Shown here: piece after piece, positions 18,466-27,873 of the stretch | How the letters are laid out: each line of letters opens with the position of its first letter | How positions within the stretch are numbered: position 1 is the first letter of the stretch | Origin: Candidatus Bathyarchaeum sp. | GTDB taxonomy: Archaea; Thermoproteota; Bathyarchaeia; Bathyarchaeales; Bathyarchaeaceae | Direction: 5' to 3' | DNA: 59,230 nucleotides | Assembly: GCA_026014495.1 (NCBI GenBank) | Contig: JAOZIF010000013.1 | Coordinates: forward strand, 1 to 59,230 | Notes under the pieces: model-generated | Databases searched by the model: none | The model's input: the letters and a program-made list of their open reading frames with translations, nothing else | Told to the model about the DNA's origin: nothing | Translations under genes and position numbers: made by a program

Positions 18466-19344
18466 TTAGAGCAGTCCTTTTTCAGCCAAAATCTGGAATT
18501 CGTCCCACAACAGCTTTTCTCCGTTCTTCAACTTCGCTAACGCCCTTTCCTCCAAGTCTTTTTGGAGTTCACTTTGACGTTCAGACTTCTTTTTGTCTGC
18601 AGTTTCCTTCAATTCTTGTTCGATGGCTTTGATTTGTTTTATTAAATCGACACACTTTTCGTGTTTTTCTTGAGCTTGTTGCCTGCTTTCTACGTATTTT
18701 TGGTGTGCTTCAGTAGCTTCAGTTTGAAGGTCACGGGCTTTTTCTAAAATTGCAATCATTTGTGTGTGATATTTTTGGCTTTGTTCAGCCATTTCAGAAA
18801 GTTTTTCGTGAATTGTCTTTGCTTCGCTTCCAAAACCTTGTTGTTCTGTGCGCAACTCAAAGAGTTTATCCTTCACTTTTTTTATTCGCTTTTGAACAAC
18901 AAGCTGGGTTTCAAGCTCTCTTATCTGATTGATTAATTCCTGTTCTTCTTTTACGGGGAGTGAGCTTGTTTGAATTTTCCAGTCGAGTTCTTCAATTTCT
19001 CTAGATACCTGCCGCAAATTTCCGTTAGGTCGCTTTTCCTTTAATGCCCCGATTTTTTCTTGTAATTCCAAAACTTTGTCACGTTTCTCTTTGCCTTTGC
19101 TGCTTACCTGATTGCGCAGGTTTTTTAGTTCTTGGACTTGTTTGTTTATGTCATCTCTTTTTTGTTTGATGCTGTTTGCTTCTTTTCGTATGCTTTGGAC
19201 TTTTTCGTTGAGCTTGTTTCTTTTTTCAGCCCACTTTTTTGCTTCCTCGTTTAGTTTGTTTCGTTCTTCTTTGATTGGAATTAACTCTTGATTTAAGAAG
19301 TCAATTTTGTTTTTAGGGGAGTCAGCTATTTTATTCACGTCCAT
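18466..19344 (-). CDS. Archaeal coiled-coil protein (COG1340-like)
   Basis: K/E/Q-rich heptads, LEWKIQT-like segment, C-terminal KLKNGEKLLWDEF. Confidence 0.8.
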   Translation of the reverse strand: MDVNKIADSPKNKIDFLNQELIPIKEERNKLNEEAKKWAEKRNKLNEKVQSIRKEANSIKQKRDDINKQVQELKNLRNQVSSKGKEKRDKVLELQEKIGALKEKRPNGNLRQVSREIEELDWKIQTSSLPVKEEQELINQIRELETQLVVQKRIKKVKDKLFELRTEQQGFGSEAKTIHEKLSEMAEQSQKYHTQMIAILEKARDLQTEATEAHQKYVESRQQAQEKHEKCVDLIKQIKAIEQELKETADKKKSERQSELQKDLEERALAKLKNGEKLLWDEFQILAEKGLL

Positions 19345-19422
19345 GCAATTGTTTGCTTCAACAAAGTTTTGAGTTTTTCTTTTTGTTATTCTGGAACTGA
19401 TGTGATTTCTAAAATAAGAGGT

Positions 19423-20130
19423 TTATTCTAGTATGATGCGTGCATCAACCGTTTTTGCTCCTTTTTCGTAAACCATTACTGGATTTAAGTCAAGCTCTTT
19501 GATTTCTGGGTGGTCCATTACCAACTTTGAGGTATTTAGCAGGATTTTTGCTAGCGTGTCGATGTCGGCTGGTGGTTGACCCCGATAGCCTCGGAGGATG
19601 GGGTATGCTTTTACTTCAGTAATCATTTCTCGGGCTTCCTCTTCTGTGATTGGAGCAATTCTGAATGACACATCCTTCATAACTTCCACGAATGTTCCGC
19701 CAAATCCAAACATTAAGGTTTGTCCAAACTGTGAGTCTTTAATTGACCCAACTATGACTTCTGTTGCGCATGGAGCCATCTCCTGAACAAGAATGCCGTC
19801 AATTTTTGCGTCGGGTTTGTGCTTTTTTACGCTCTCCACAATTTGGCTGTACGCTTTTTTTGCATCCTCTTTGCTGTTAATGTTAAGAACAACTCCACCC
19901 ACGTCAACTTTGTGAAGAACATCAGGAGAGATGATTTTTAGAACAGTGGGATAACCAATTTCCTCTGAAAACCTTGCTGCTTCCTCCGCACTTTTTGCTA
20001 TCTTCAATGCAGTGACTGGTATTCCATATTCTTTACAAACTGTTTTTGCTTCATGCTCAAGAAGGCACTTTCTTTTCTCAGTTATTGCTTGATTAAATAT
20101 TTTGGTAACTTTTCCAGACACGTTTAACAA
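19423..20130 (-). CDS. ADP-forming acyl-CoA synthetase beta subunit (ATP-grasp)
   Basis: LLEHEAK, GYPTVLKIISPDVLHKVDVGGV, FGQTLMFGFGG, ELDLNPV. Confidence 0.92.
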   Translation of the reverse strand: MLNVSGKVTKIFNQAITEKRKCLLEHEAKTVCKEYGIPVTALKIAKSAEEAARFSEEIGYPTVLKIISPDVLHKVDVGGVVLNINSKEDAKKAYSQIVESVKKHKPDAKIDGILVQEMAPCATEVIVGSIKDSQFGQTLMFGFGGTFVEVMKDVSFRIAPITEEEAREMITEVKAYPILRGYRGQPPADIDTLAKILLNTSKLVMDHPEIKELDLNPVMVYEKGAKTVDARIILE

Positions 20131-20224
20131 CCTTTCTGTTTGGCTGCAAAGAGGTGTAAGTTTTTCCCCTTTCTAACTCTTTCGTATAATTTGGTCTTAA
20201 AAGTTAATTTGTTGCTAATATTTT

Positions 20225-20278
20225 TTCTGAAAAAAGGTTGTTTTCAACAATGAACTGCTATTAGTCTCCTAATATGCC
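20225..20278 (-). repeat. Dispersed intergenic element, copy 2 of 3
   Basis: Minus strand GGCA-TATTAG-GAGA-CTAATA-GCAGTTCATTGTTGAAAACAAC-CTTTTTT-CAGAA; about 5 substitutions versus the other copies. Confidence 0.88.
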
Positions 20279-20309
20279 TGTTCAGTTTAGGTGTAACATA
20301 CGTTTTGGC

Positions 20310-20510
20310 TTATTCGCCTTTTGTTATGAGCAAAAAGATTCCTGTTACTGTGACTGCCACGCCGACAATTACGAAGATGCCTGCAAAGTGGCTGATGTCG
20401 CCTGCTGGGGGGTCAATGGAATAGATTGTGACAATTGCTCCAATAATTATGAGTACTAACCCGACTATTTTTTCGGCTAATGTTAATCCTATAGGCATTT
20501 CTTCGCTCAT
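20310..20510 (-). CDS. Small two-TM membrane protein
   Basis: 66 aa, two clear hydrophobic helices, GGTG upstream of the ATG. Confidence 0.7.
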   Translation of the reverse strand: MSEEMPIGLTLAEKIVGLVLIIIGAIVTIYSIDPPAGDISHFAGIFVIVGVAVTVTGIFLLITKGE

Positions 20511-20660
20511 GCCAGCACCTTCAAGGTTTAAAGTTACAGTCTCAAGGCTTATTTTAATTTATCTAAGTTTTGTATAAATTTGAGCTAAAATGGTACTGCA
20601 AAACAGAACCAGAGTTTTAGTCCCATCAACTAGGCGACACTAGATGCTCTGATGAAAGCG

Positions 20661-21059
20661 TTAGATGACCGTGAATTCTAGTTGTTTTCCTTTGCGGTCA
20701 AATATTATGATGTTTTGTTTTGATTGGTAGGGGTAGCCTGTTATGAGCATGATTCTGCCATAAAACTTGTTTAAGTCCACAGTAGACGGGCGCAATGCGC
20801 CTGACGGGTGCGAGTGGGCAACTCCAATGACAGAGAAATCTATTGGAAGTCTGCTCAAGGGAAAAGCAGAGAATGTGCTTCCATGGGTTGCCATGGGTGG
20901 AATTTGGACATCAGTAACCACAAGTCTGTCTTTTTTTACTTTGCCTTTCAAAAGAAGAATTGATTCTCTTGGATGAAACATTTGCGCATAACTTAAAATG
21001 CTGTCCAAAACAGCCTGCTCAACAAAGACTTTTTTATCCAAACCAGACCCTCGTCTCAT
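20661..21059 (-). CDS. JAMM/MPN+ (Mov34) metalloprotease
   Basis: Conserved E (PRES) and HSHPSGALRPSTVD (HxH-x7-S-x2-D). ATG 21059 is preferred to the track start 21125. Confidence 0.9.
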   Translation of the reverse strand: MRRGSGLDKKVFVEQAVLDSILSYAQMFHPRESILLLKGKVKKDRLVVTDVQIPPMATHGSTFSAFPLSRLPIDFSVIGVAHSHPSGALRPSTVDLNKFYGRIMLITGYPYQSKQNIIIFDRKGKQLEFTVI

Positions 21060-21075
21060 TATTTTAAGAAATAGG

Positions 21076-21453
21076 TTATGTTTTGTTTGTTGTGTTTTTG
21101 TATGATTGTATATAGTTTTTTGCAAAGTTGTCGGCGTATTTTTCTATTCCACCCTGCGCATTTGTAACTCGTCTAAGGTGATGATAAAACTCGTGAAGAA
21201 TTATGTGTGGGCTATACAAGATTTCCCTGCGAGACACATGGATGGTTTGGTTTTTGGCTACGTAGCATGCTGGATTCTTTGAGTACCGTTTTGGCATGCC
21301 TACCTTAAGTTTTGGTTCCACAACTCCATAATGGCTGCTTAGCATCTTGAGAGCTTCATCAGTGTCCTTGGATAAAATTAGATAAACGATTTTTGCTCTA
21401 AAAATCACGTCATTATCAGTTAACATGTTTTGGCAAGACATTCCTGACTGCAT
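21076..21453 (-). CDS. Small zincin-like metalloprotein (HExxH)
   Basis: ILHEFYHH motif followed by EKYADNFA. Confidence 0.7.
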   Translation of the reverse strand: MQSGMSCQNMLTDNDVIFRAKIVYLILSKDTDEALKMLSSHYGVVEPKLKVGMPKRYSKNPACYVAKNQTIHVSRREILYSPHIILHEFYHHLRRVTNAQGGIEKYADNFAKNYIQSYKNTTNKT

Positions 21454-21471
21454 TCAGCTATTTTTTCTTTC

Positions 21472-21822
21472 TTACCAGCCATGTCTAATTGTTGCAGGAA
21501 TATTGCTCTTTTGTTTTTCCTTTTTCTCGGCACGTTTAAACATGTGAATTTTCACGGTGTTGCCTTCCAATGCAACCCAATAAGTGTGATTTAGATGATT
21601 ATGGTAAACAAACTTGTTCACGAGCTTCTGTAACTCGCTTGTGGATAAATAATCAGAATATACAAAGAGCTTGTTGCCTGTTGATGATACATCAACATTA
21701 AGTTTGGAACTTAGGAAACTGGACAAAGCATCTATTTTATCCTTCAATTTACCCACATCCACCTTCAATTTGCGTTTTCCTCTCATAAACAACTGTTTAG
21801 CCTCCACAACCCCTAATTTCAT
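21472..21822 (-). CDS. Putative eL22 (L22e)-like ribosomal protein
   Basis: By-eye alignment to recalled eukaryotic RPL22 motifs: LKVDV, LSSFLSSKLNV, KLFVYSDYLS, LQKLVNKFVYHNHLNHTYWV, VKIHMF. Alternative ATG at 21786. Confidence 0.55.
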   Translation of the reverse strand: MKLGVVEAKQLFMRGKRKLKVDVGKLKDKIDALSSFLSSKLNVDVSSTGNKLFVYSDYLSTSELQKLVNKFVYHNHLNHTYWVALEGNTVKIHMFKRAEKKEKQKSNIPATIRHGW

Positions 21823-21951
21823 TCTTTAATTGTATTAACGCTTTATGGAAAAACAACATTTTTCACGGCAACAAGACTTTTTTTGTGTATAAATCATCTA
21901 CGTACGGATAAACACGCCAAAACAAATTCTCAACTCATGGTAAATATGAAA

Positions 21952-22032
21952 GAGAATGCAGTACCCCAACCTTGAATAAAACTGAGCCATCAGGGGGAGA
22001 TAAAGCTAGTTTTAGATTGGGGTACTACTCTC
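21952..22032 (-). ncRNA. Candidate structured RNA (long imperfect hairpin)
   Basis: About 32 bp over 81 nt, including perfect AGTACCCCAA/TTGGGGTACT; three G-U pairs form only on the minus strand. Confidence 0.4.
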
Positions 22033-22253
22033 CCAAAAGAGCAAGTGCCAGTAATAAATCTTGCTAAAATAACAGACAAAGCTGTAACATAAAGCGCAAA
22101 AGAAGTAAATGTTCTAAGTACTTAATTCATTGATTATTTTTTTGTTATCTAGACGAAAAAACAAGAGACTTACAGGTTACAAGTTAAATGTAAACAAACA
22201 GTAACGACCTGAAATTGGGTTCAGCAACATAACAAAAGAGTCAATGTTAACAA

Positions 22254-22778
22254 TTACTTTTCCTTTTCTTCTGCCAAGTACTTGAAGGAAAACGGTTTAT
22301 TGACGCCGCCTTTAAGGTCAACAAGAATGAAATGCACGTCAAACATGAATTTTCCCCATGTGTTCTTGGCATCTGCAAGAAAGTTTTTGTATTCTGCATA
22401 ATTTTTGTGTACAGAAATTGTTATGGCGTTAACTCCCATGCCTTCAGCTCTTGAATCAAATAATATCTCTGGATGACGTTCCGCCCAACCTCTTGCCATT
22501 TTTTCTATTTCAGGTATATGTTTTCGTATATTTTCTATATTGAACTTAACAATAGAAAACGCCAATATTTCATATCCCATTTTAGCAAGATCAGGAATTG
22601 CAGAAAAATGTTGCAATACGCCATCGTTTAATAGTTTGCTCTTCATCCTAGATACAGTCGGTTGTGAAACTCCCAGAATTTTTGCTATTTCTCTATCGCT
22701 TCTGTTGGAATCCTTCAAATATTCCCTAAGAAGCTTAGATGACCTTCTATCAGATGCTTTGGATTTCTTTCCCATCAT
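22254..22778 (-). CDS. Lrp/AsnC family transcriptional regulator
   Basis: N-terminal HTH DSNRSDREIAKILGVSQPTVSR, PDLAKMGY, RAM-like C-terminal domain (track start 22814). Confidence 0.9.
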   Translation of the reverse strand: MMGKKSKASDRRSSKLLREYLKDSNRSDREIAKILGVSQPTVSRMKSKLLNDGVLQHFSAIPDLAKMGYEILAFSIVKFNIENIRKHIPEIEKMARGWAERHPEILFDSRAEGMGVNAITISVHKNYAEYKNFLADAKNTWGKFMFDVHFILVDLKGGVNKPFSFKYLAEEKEK

Positions 22779-23036
22779 TACCCCGCCCCAAATGACAGGC
22801 GTATTGTGAAGCAAGACAGCATATATTAGTTTTTGTTTGTAACAAAACTTCTACAACACATCCTGAAATCTAAAGAATACAATTTAAGAAGAATTGAATA
22901 AACTATAAAAAAATGTTGAACACACAGTCAAAATTTTATCACTCAATAACAATACACCGCGCGATTATTACCTATCATATTTTTAGTTGAAACAAAAAAT
23001 ATCTACAACATAAAACAAAATAACACTGGGATAACA

Positions 23037-23240
23037 GTGGACAAAAGAGCAAGAAGCTTAGCAAAAAGCGTAACCTACAGAATCACAGCATTTGTAGTGT
23101 TGATGATTATCACCTGGTACGTCACAGACAATTTGGCTCAAACAACCATAATATCAGTTACTTTTCAAGCAATCCAATTAGTCATATACTACATCCATGA
23201 ACGAATATGGGAAAACGTCAACTGGGGCAAAAAACCCTAA
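23037..23240 (+). CDS. DUF2061 family small membrane protein
   Basis: RSLAKSVTYR and YYIHERIW...WG motifs. Confidence 0.85.
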   Translation: MDKRARSLAKSVTYRITAFVVLMIITWYVTDNLAQTTIISVTFQAIQLVIYYIHERIWENVNWGKKP

Positions 23241-23316
23241 ACTGCACCTGTAACCAAAACCACAGTTAACATTCTATTGCATCTAATATGAGCTGCTCTT
23301 CCTAAAACTAAACAAG

Positions 23317-24414
23317 TTAATCAGCAGACATTTCTTCCAGTTTCGCTGGCAAATACTCGTCAACAATGTATGTTAAACCATATCTGCTGAAAGCCTCTTG
23401 TTCTGCTTTCTTCTTAATTTTCAGGAAAGTCTTGATTTCTCTTTTCCACAAGTCTCCAGTATATCTTGGGTCCTTTTCCAACTCATGAAGCCGTTTAATA
23501 TCCACATCCGTTAACGGGTCAGTAGGCAACTTGTAGTCAACAATGTCCGTGGCGTATACTCCGCCCCACTTAGCATCAGGTGTAGTTAACCCACGAAGAT
23601 GAGCTGCATTCGCTGAACCCGAAATAATAACCATGGCAATGTGCATTCCCCATGGGTCACCATCAGTGAAGATATAGACTGGAAGGTCTAGTTCAGTGTT
23701 CAGTCGATTAAGGAAATGTCTAGTTGCTCTAGGTGCTTGACCTGCAGTCAAAACAAGAAGTGCATTGAATTTTTCGTGAACACGTTCTTCAATAAAACGG
23801 GTAAACAAACCGCCTTTCTCGATTGCAATAACTTTGTCACATCCAGTCTTAGCGAACTCTGCAGAAACAACGGATGGACCAATCATAACTCCGTCAGGAT
23901 GAGAAGTCATGTTCAACTGTTTTCCTTCATATCCTGGAACCGTATACTCGATTGTTAAATCTCCAAATAGAGCAGAACGCTCTTCTGGAAACACATTAAA
24001 GTCCTCTCGGGCAAAACCCGTGGCTGTCTCCAAGTCAGTAAGTATATTGTTTGACTCTGGCTGGTCCTTGAATGTCATCTCATACGCCTGAGCAGAATAG
24101 TACACGTCCCTGAGTGTCGAAGTTTTACGGTTCTTCACAAGCTCGCTGGCAAAAAAACCAGCCCAAACCATCTGCGTGAAAGGCTTAATGTGCCGAATAT
24201 TTCGAGCATGGCGCTTAACGCTTTTCTCGCCTAGGATATACTGGCGTACATCAGGGCTATAGTAAATGTTTTCTGTGGAACGGCTTGGCATCTCTACCCA
24301 AGGAAACTTTCCTTTCTCCATTTGACCATAAAGTTCACCGCCAAACTCTCGAAGGTCATTTAGAACCGCGTCCTTCTTCTTTTTAGTTGAACTCTCACTT
24401 TCCTTCCGTTTCAT
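23317..24414 (-). CDS. top6A: DNA topoisomerase VI subunit A
   Basis: STLRDVYY (catalytic Tyr), TOPRIM IAIEK and DGDPWG, KKAEQEA. Confidence 0.97.
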   Translation of the reverse strand: MKRKESESSTKKKKDAVLNDLREFGGELYGQMEKGKFPWVEMPSRSTENIYYSPDVRQYILGEKSVKRHARNIRHIKPFTQMVWAGFFASELVKNRKTSTLRDVYYSAQAYEMTFKDQPESNNILTDLETATGFAREDFNVFPEERSALFGDLTIEYTVPGYEGKQLNMTSHPDGVMIGPSVVSAEFAKTGCDKVIAIEKGGLFTRFIEERVHEKFNALLVLTAGQAPRATRHFLNRLNTELDLPVYIFTDGDPWGMHIAMVIISGSANAAHLRGLTTPDAKWGGVYATDIVDYKLPTDPLTDVDIKRLHELEKDPRYTGDLWKREIKTFLKIKKKAEQEAFSRYGLTYIVDEYLPAKLEEMSAD

Positions 24415-26152
24415 ACTTCCTCACACTCTTCAACAACAACTCAATGTCTGGCGCTTCAGTCTTTCCAGCTAAATCTGTAGAAAACTGTGCTATCTTGGGC
24501 AGATACTTGGCGAAAACAGACAAACGTTTCTTCTCTTTAGCTACATGCTCTCGTTTAGCCAAAAACGTCTGCAAACGACGAGCAACCTCGCGGATTCCAT
24601 TCAAAATTTCAACTTTAACCTCAGGGCGGTCGGCAATAAACTCCTTGCCTACCGTCTTGTATGGAACCTTTGTGCTGCAAAGATGAACCAGAATAGCAAT
24701 TGGCATACCAGACGCAACTTTGTACCTTCTCCAGTTTATAGACCGAATTACCCTAATCGAAACGTCGCTGGCTTCATCATACAAAAGAGGAATCTTGTTT
24801 GCAAACCTGTAAACAACAATATCATCCTTTTTGGGAATATCCCCACCATACGCTATAGCCGTCTCCACAATGAATGGATGACCAGCATATGTTGACGGCT
24901 TTCTCTGAGAAACAGCAATAAACTCGGGTTTGAGTTCCTTAAGAATCCCAGCCCGCAGCAAATCTTCACCCAGAGGAGACAGGCAACTTGCATCTGGAGG
25001 AAGAAAATCAGTATACTGCTTCATCATCCGAACAAGCTTCACAATCTCGGGCGGCTTTAGTTTCTTTGGGTTTTTAGTTCTCACCAAGCCCGACGAAGCA
25101 AGTAAACGAAGAATAATTGTCCGGTCAACGTTTGGAAAGATGCTTTTTAGGAAAGCAATCATGTCTTGAGATTTTGCCTTTTTTAGTCCAACCTTGATTT
25201 GTTCTTCTGTTATTCTGCCAAAAAATTTCCTAAATTTCTTAGACTTGTTATTTGTTTCTACAAGCCGAGCAACTGCTTCGGGTTTTAGCCGCTTAGGGTC
25301 AGGCGTTCTTATGAATCCCGCGAAATCCAAAAAACTAAGAGAAGTGCCTTGACCGACTCGGTGAAAGTGTTTACGCATAAAATCCAGCAGGTTTCGGGAC
25401 TCAGTAACTCGTATGATACGTTGAAGGGTTTCAACATCCACGCCGTAGGGGTGAGTCAAAGTTTCTGTTGGCGGCGGCGGCATTTTAGTTGTTACCCGAT
25501 TGAACATGTACAATCTGCCTTTAGGGTCAACAAATTTTATGTCAGCATAGGGCGTAAGCAGCGCCGTCTGCTTTAGATACTCCAAAATCTTGGACATAGC
25601 CCTGTAGTAGTCTCCTTCCAAAGAATACTCAACAATGGTTCCGCGCCAATTTTCCTTGTTTCTTCTGGTCTTACGGTCCAAGATAAGCGGACGGTTCCGT
25701 TGGATGTCTATCATCATTTTAAACTCATAAACTTTGGAACCGCCAGTACTGGACTTCACGAGAACGGGTTTATGAGTGGTAATCTGACCATACAAAATAG
25801 CCATAGTTCCGCCCAAACCAAAAGTTCCACGCGCCTGTTTGAGTTTATAGTTTGAGCCAAACAAAACCTGACCAAACGCTGAAGGAATATGACGCGCTGC
25901 AATTCCAGAACCATTATCCATTATCAGCAAACGGTATACACCATTTCCTGACTCCGTTGTAGTACTCGCATCTTCCTCAGTTAATCGAACATACACTTCT
26001 GGAGGTACACTCATTTGGTCGGCAGAATCAAGAGAATTCTCCACAAGCTCTCGGATAGAAACAAAAATTGCACGCGAGGGATTTGTGAAGCCCGCTATGT
26101 CTCGGTTCCGGTAGAAAAAGTCTGCGGGGCTTATCTCTTGGAAGGTTACCAA
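24395..26152 (-). CDS. top6B: DNA topoisomerase VI subunit B
   Basis: EISPADFF, GHKL motifs ELVENSLD, DNGSGI, RGTFGLG, RFANKIPL; TTG start after GGCGGTGG. Confidence 0.97.
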   Translation of the reverse strand: MVTFQEISPADFFYRNRDIAGFTNPSRAIFVSIRELVENSLDSADQMSVPPEVYVRLTEEDASTTTESGNGVYRLLIMDNGSGIAARHIPSAFGQVLFGSNYKLKQARGTFGLGGTMAILYGQITTHKPVLVKSSTGGSKVYEFKMMIDIQRNRPLILDRKTRRNKENWRGTIVEYSLEGDYYRAMSKILEYLKQTALLTPYADIKFVDPKGRLYMFNRVTTKMPPPPTETLTHPYGVDVETLQRIIRVTESRNLLDFMRKHFHRVGQGTSLSFLDFAGFIRTPDPKRLKPEAVARLVETNNKSKKFRKFFGRITEEQIKVGLKKAKSQDMIAFLKSIFPNVDRTIILRLLASSGLVRTKNPKKLKPPEIVKLVRMMKQYTDFLPPDASCLSPLGEDLLRAGILKELKPEFIAVSQRKPSTYAGHPFIVETAIAYGGDIPKKDDIVVYRFANKIPLLYDEASDVSIRVIRSINWRRYKVASGMPIAILVHLCSTKVPYKTVGKEFIADRPEVKVEILNGIREVARRLQTFLAKREHVAKEKKRLSVFAKYLPKIAQFSTDLAGKTEAPDIELLLKSVRKYETEGK

Positions 26153-26375
26153 AGCTGGTTTCCACCGCCCATCGACATTTTAAGCTGTGAAAGCTGCGTT
26201 TTCATTGCGTTTGCATCGCCTCCGCGGTTTTCTGGACTGGGAACCGCGTCAGAACGGCATTGTATGATATGTAGCAACATGGCAGGGTCATTCATAATTC
26301 TATATGATATGTATTTCAATGTTTTTGTAAAATTTAAAGCTTAACTAATTAGAGCCCTTTTACAGCAGTTTTAGG

Positions 26376-26954
26376 TTACTCTCGGAATGTTGGCTCCCAG
26401 AGCTGCAACCTCTGTTTTTTAAGGTCTCTTCGTTTTTTGTGCAAGAAACGGTACACTGTTCCATGAAGGCTTCCCCTAATCAGCATAGTCACTGCTTCTC
26501 TAGCAATTGAGGCTTGATCAGGATACCCAATTATCGAAATCGTGTGACCATAAACCGAAATGTTTGCTTCACTTAATTCCTCAATTATCTTCCGGGTTTT
26601 GCCCTCTTTTCCAATCACTCTGCCTTTCAGTCTCTTTAAGTCAGATGGAGACCTGCCCACAATCTCCCGAAGGTCAATAACCTCAAAAATTATTTCTTCA
26701 TCATCAAGCAGCCTGAACGCATGGTCCGGCGCAAATCCTCTGCCGATGGCAGTAACAACCTCTTTTGCTCTAAACAGAACCGTTGGGTCCTCAGATGTTG
26801 ATGGAAGAGTTATCTGAACCGATCCATTTTCGCTGTCCACCTCCAAACTAACAGACAGCTTTCTTTCGATAACGTTTTTTACGGTGCCATCTGGACCAAC
26901 AAGAGCCCCGATACGATCTCTTGGAATCTTGATGTAAGCTTTACTTCCTTCCAC
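26376..26954 (-). CDS. KH-domain ribosome biogenesis protein (Dim2/Pno1/Krr1-like)
   Basis: RIGALVGPDG, AIGRGF, KGRVIGKEGKTR, GSLHGTVY. Confidence 0.92.
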   Translation of the reverse strand: MEGSKAYIKIPRDRIGALVGPDGTVKNVIERKLSVSLEVDSENGSVQITLPSTSEDPTVLFRAKEVVTAIGRGFAPDHAFRLLDDEEIIFEVIDLREIVGRSPSDLKRLKGRVIGKEGKTRKIIEELSEANISVYGHTISIIGYPDQASIAREAVTMLIRGSLHGTVYRFLHKKRRDLKKQRLQLWEPTFRE

Positions 26955-27735
26955 CTGTAACCCTCACGTAAATCTCATCTACTGATAATATGTCTGAAAC
27001 TTTCCTATTGAAATACCTATGCAAATTTTCAATGTCTCTACGCAGGAAACGCTCAGCCATAGGATGCTTAATCAACACAGATTGTGCGACATCAAAAATC
27101 ACGGGTTTTTTCTTCCACATCATGATGTTGTATTCGCTCAGGTCTGCATGTACCAAACCCGCTTTAGTATACAGCCGCTTCAAATAAGTTAAAATTAACT
27201 TGAAAACCTGTTCAGGGTTCTCTAGAACAGTTTCCTTTAGGAGAGGTGCACGTTCACCATTCTTGCCAATAAAATTCATGATTAGAACGTTCTTTTGGAT
27301 GGCCAAGGGCTCTGGAACATTGACTTTTGCGTCTTTAGCCCGCTGTAGATTCTTGTATTCTTTTTGCGCCCAAGTATAGATAAGAGAGCGTGTGTCTCTG
27401 CGGACATGAGAAAATCTGGGGTCACCTTCTATGTATGGAAGCATGCCTTTCTTGAATTCAGCGGAGCTGGTGAGATAAATCTTGATAGCCAACTCGTTTC
27501 CTTCAGTGTCTTTTCCCCAGTAGACTCGTGCCTCTTTTCCCGCGTTTACAACTCCATGAATCTCATCAATTATTCCCTTATTCATGAAATCGTATATTGT
27601 CATGAGCGTAGACTTGTCAAAAACCTCTTCGATAACTTGGTAATCTTCGCTGCGCTTATTTTTCATCAGCGACTCGATTTCATACGCTTTTTGCTTACGG
27701 CTAAGCCGTTTATCCACTTTATCTCTAAAAGACAC
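26941..27735 (-). CDS. rio1: RIO1 family Ser/Thr kinase
   Basis: GKEARVY, AIKIY, LVHADLSEYN, IFDVAQ. Confidence 0.95.
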   Translation of the reverse strand: MSFRDKVDKRLSRKQKAYEIESLMKNKRSEDYQVIEEVFDKSTLMTIYDFMNKGIIDEIHGVVNAGKEARVYWGKDTEGNELAIKIYLTSSAEFKKGMLPYIEGDPRFSHVRRDTRSLIYTWAQKEYKNLQRAKDAKVNVPEPLAIQKNVLIMNFIGKNGERAPLLKETVLENPEQVFKLILTYLKRLYTKAGLVHADLSEYNIMMWKKKPVIFDVAQSVLIKHPMAERFLRRDIENLHRYFNRKVSDILSVDEIYVRVTGGRK

Positions 27736-27873
27736 AACAGTCCTTCCTACACAGGTGATTACAGCTTTTCCTATTTAGGTTTCTCTGCAACCATGTAAAC
27801 CAAAAACTCTTGAAGAACTTCTATTAAGTGGGTTGCCAAGTATTTTCTGGAACGCTTCAAAGGTGACATAGAA

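Noticed and set aside
20640-20680. CTGATGA suggesting a hammerhead ribozyme or box C
   Set aside because: No stem II followed by GAAA, no suitably placed box D, and the downstream part lies within the JAMM coding sequence.
26249-26295. Possible C/D box sRNA on minus (ATGAATGA...CTGA)
   Set aside because: Box C is imperfect, no credible D'/C' pair is present, and I recognise no rRNA or tRNA target.
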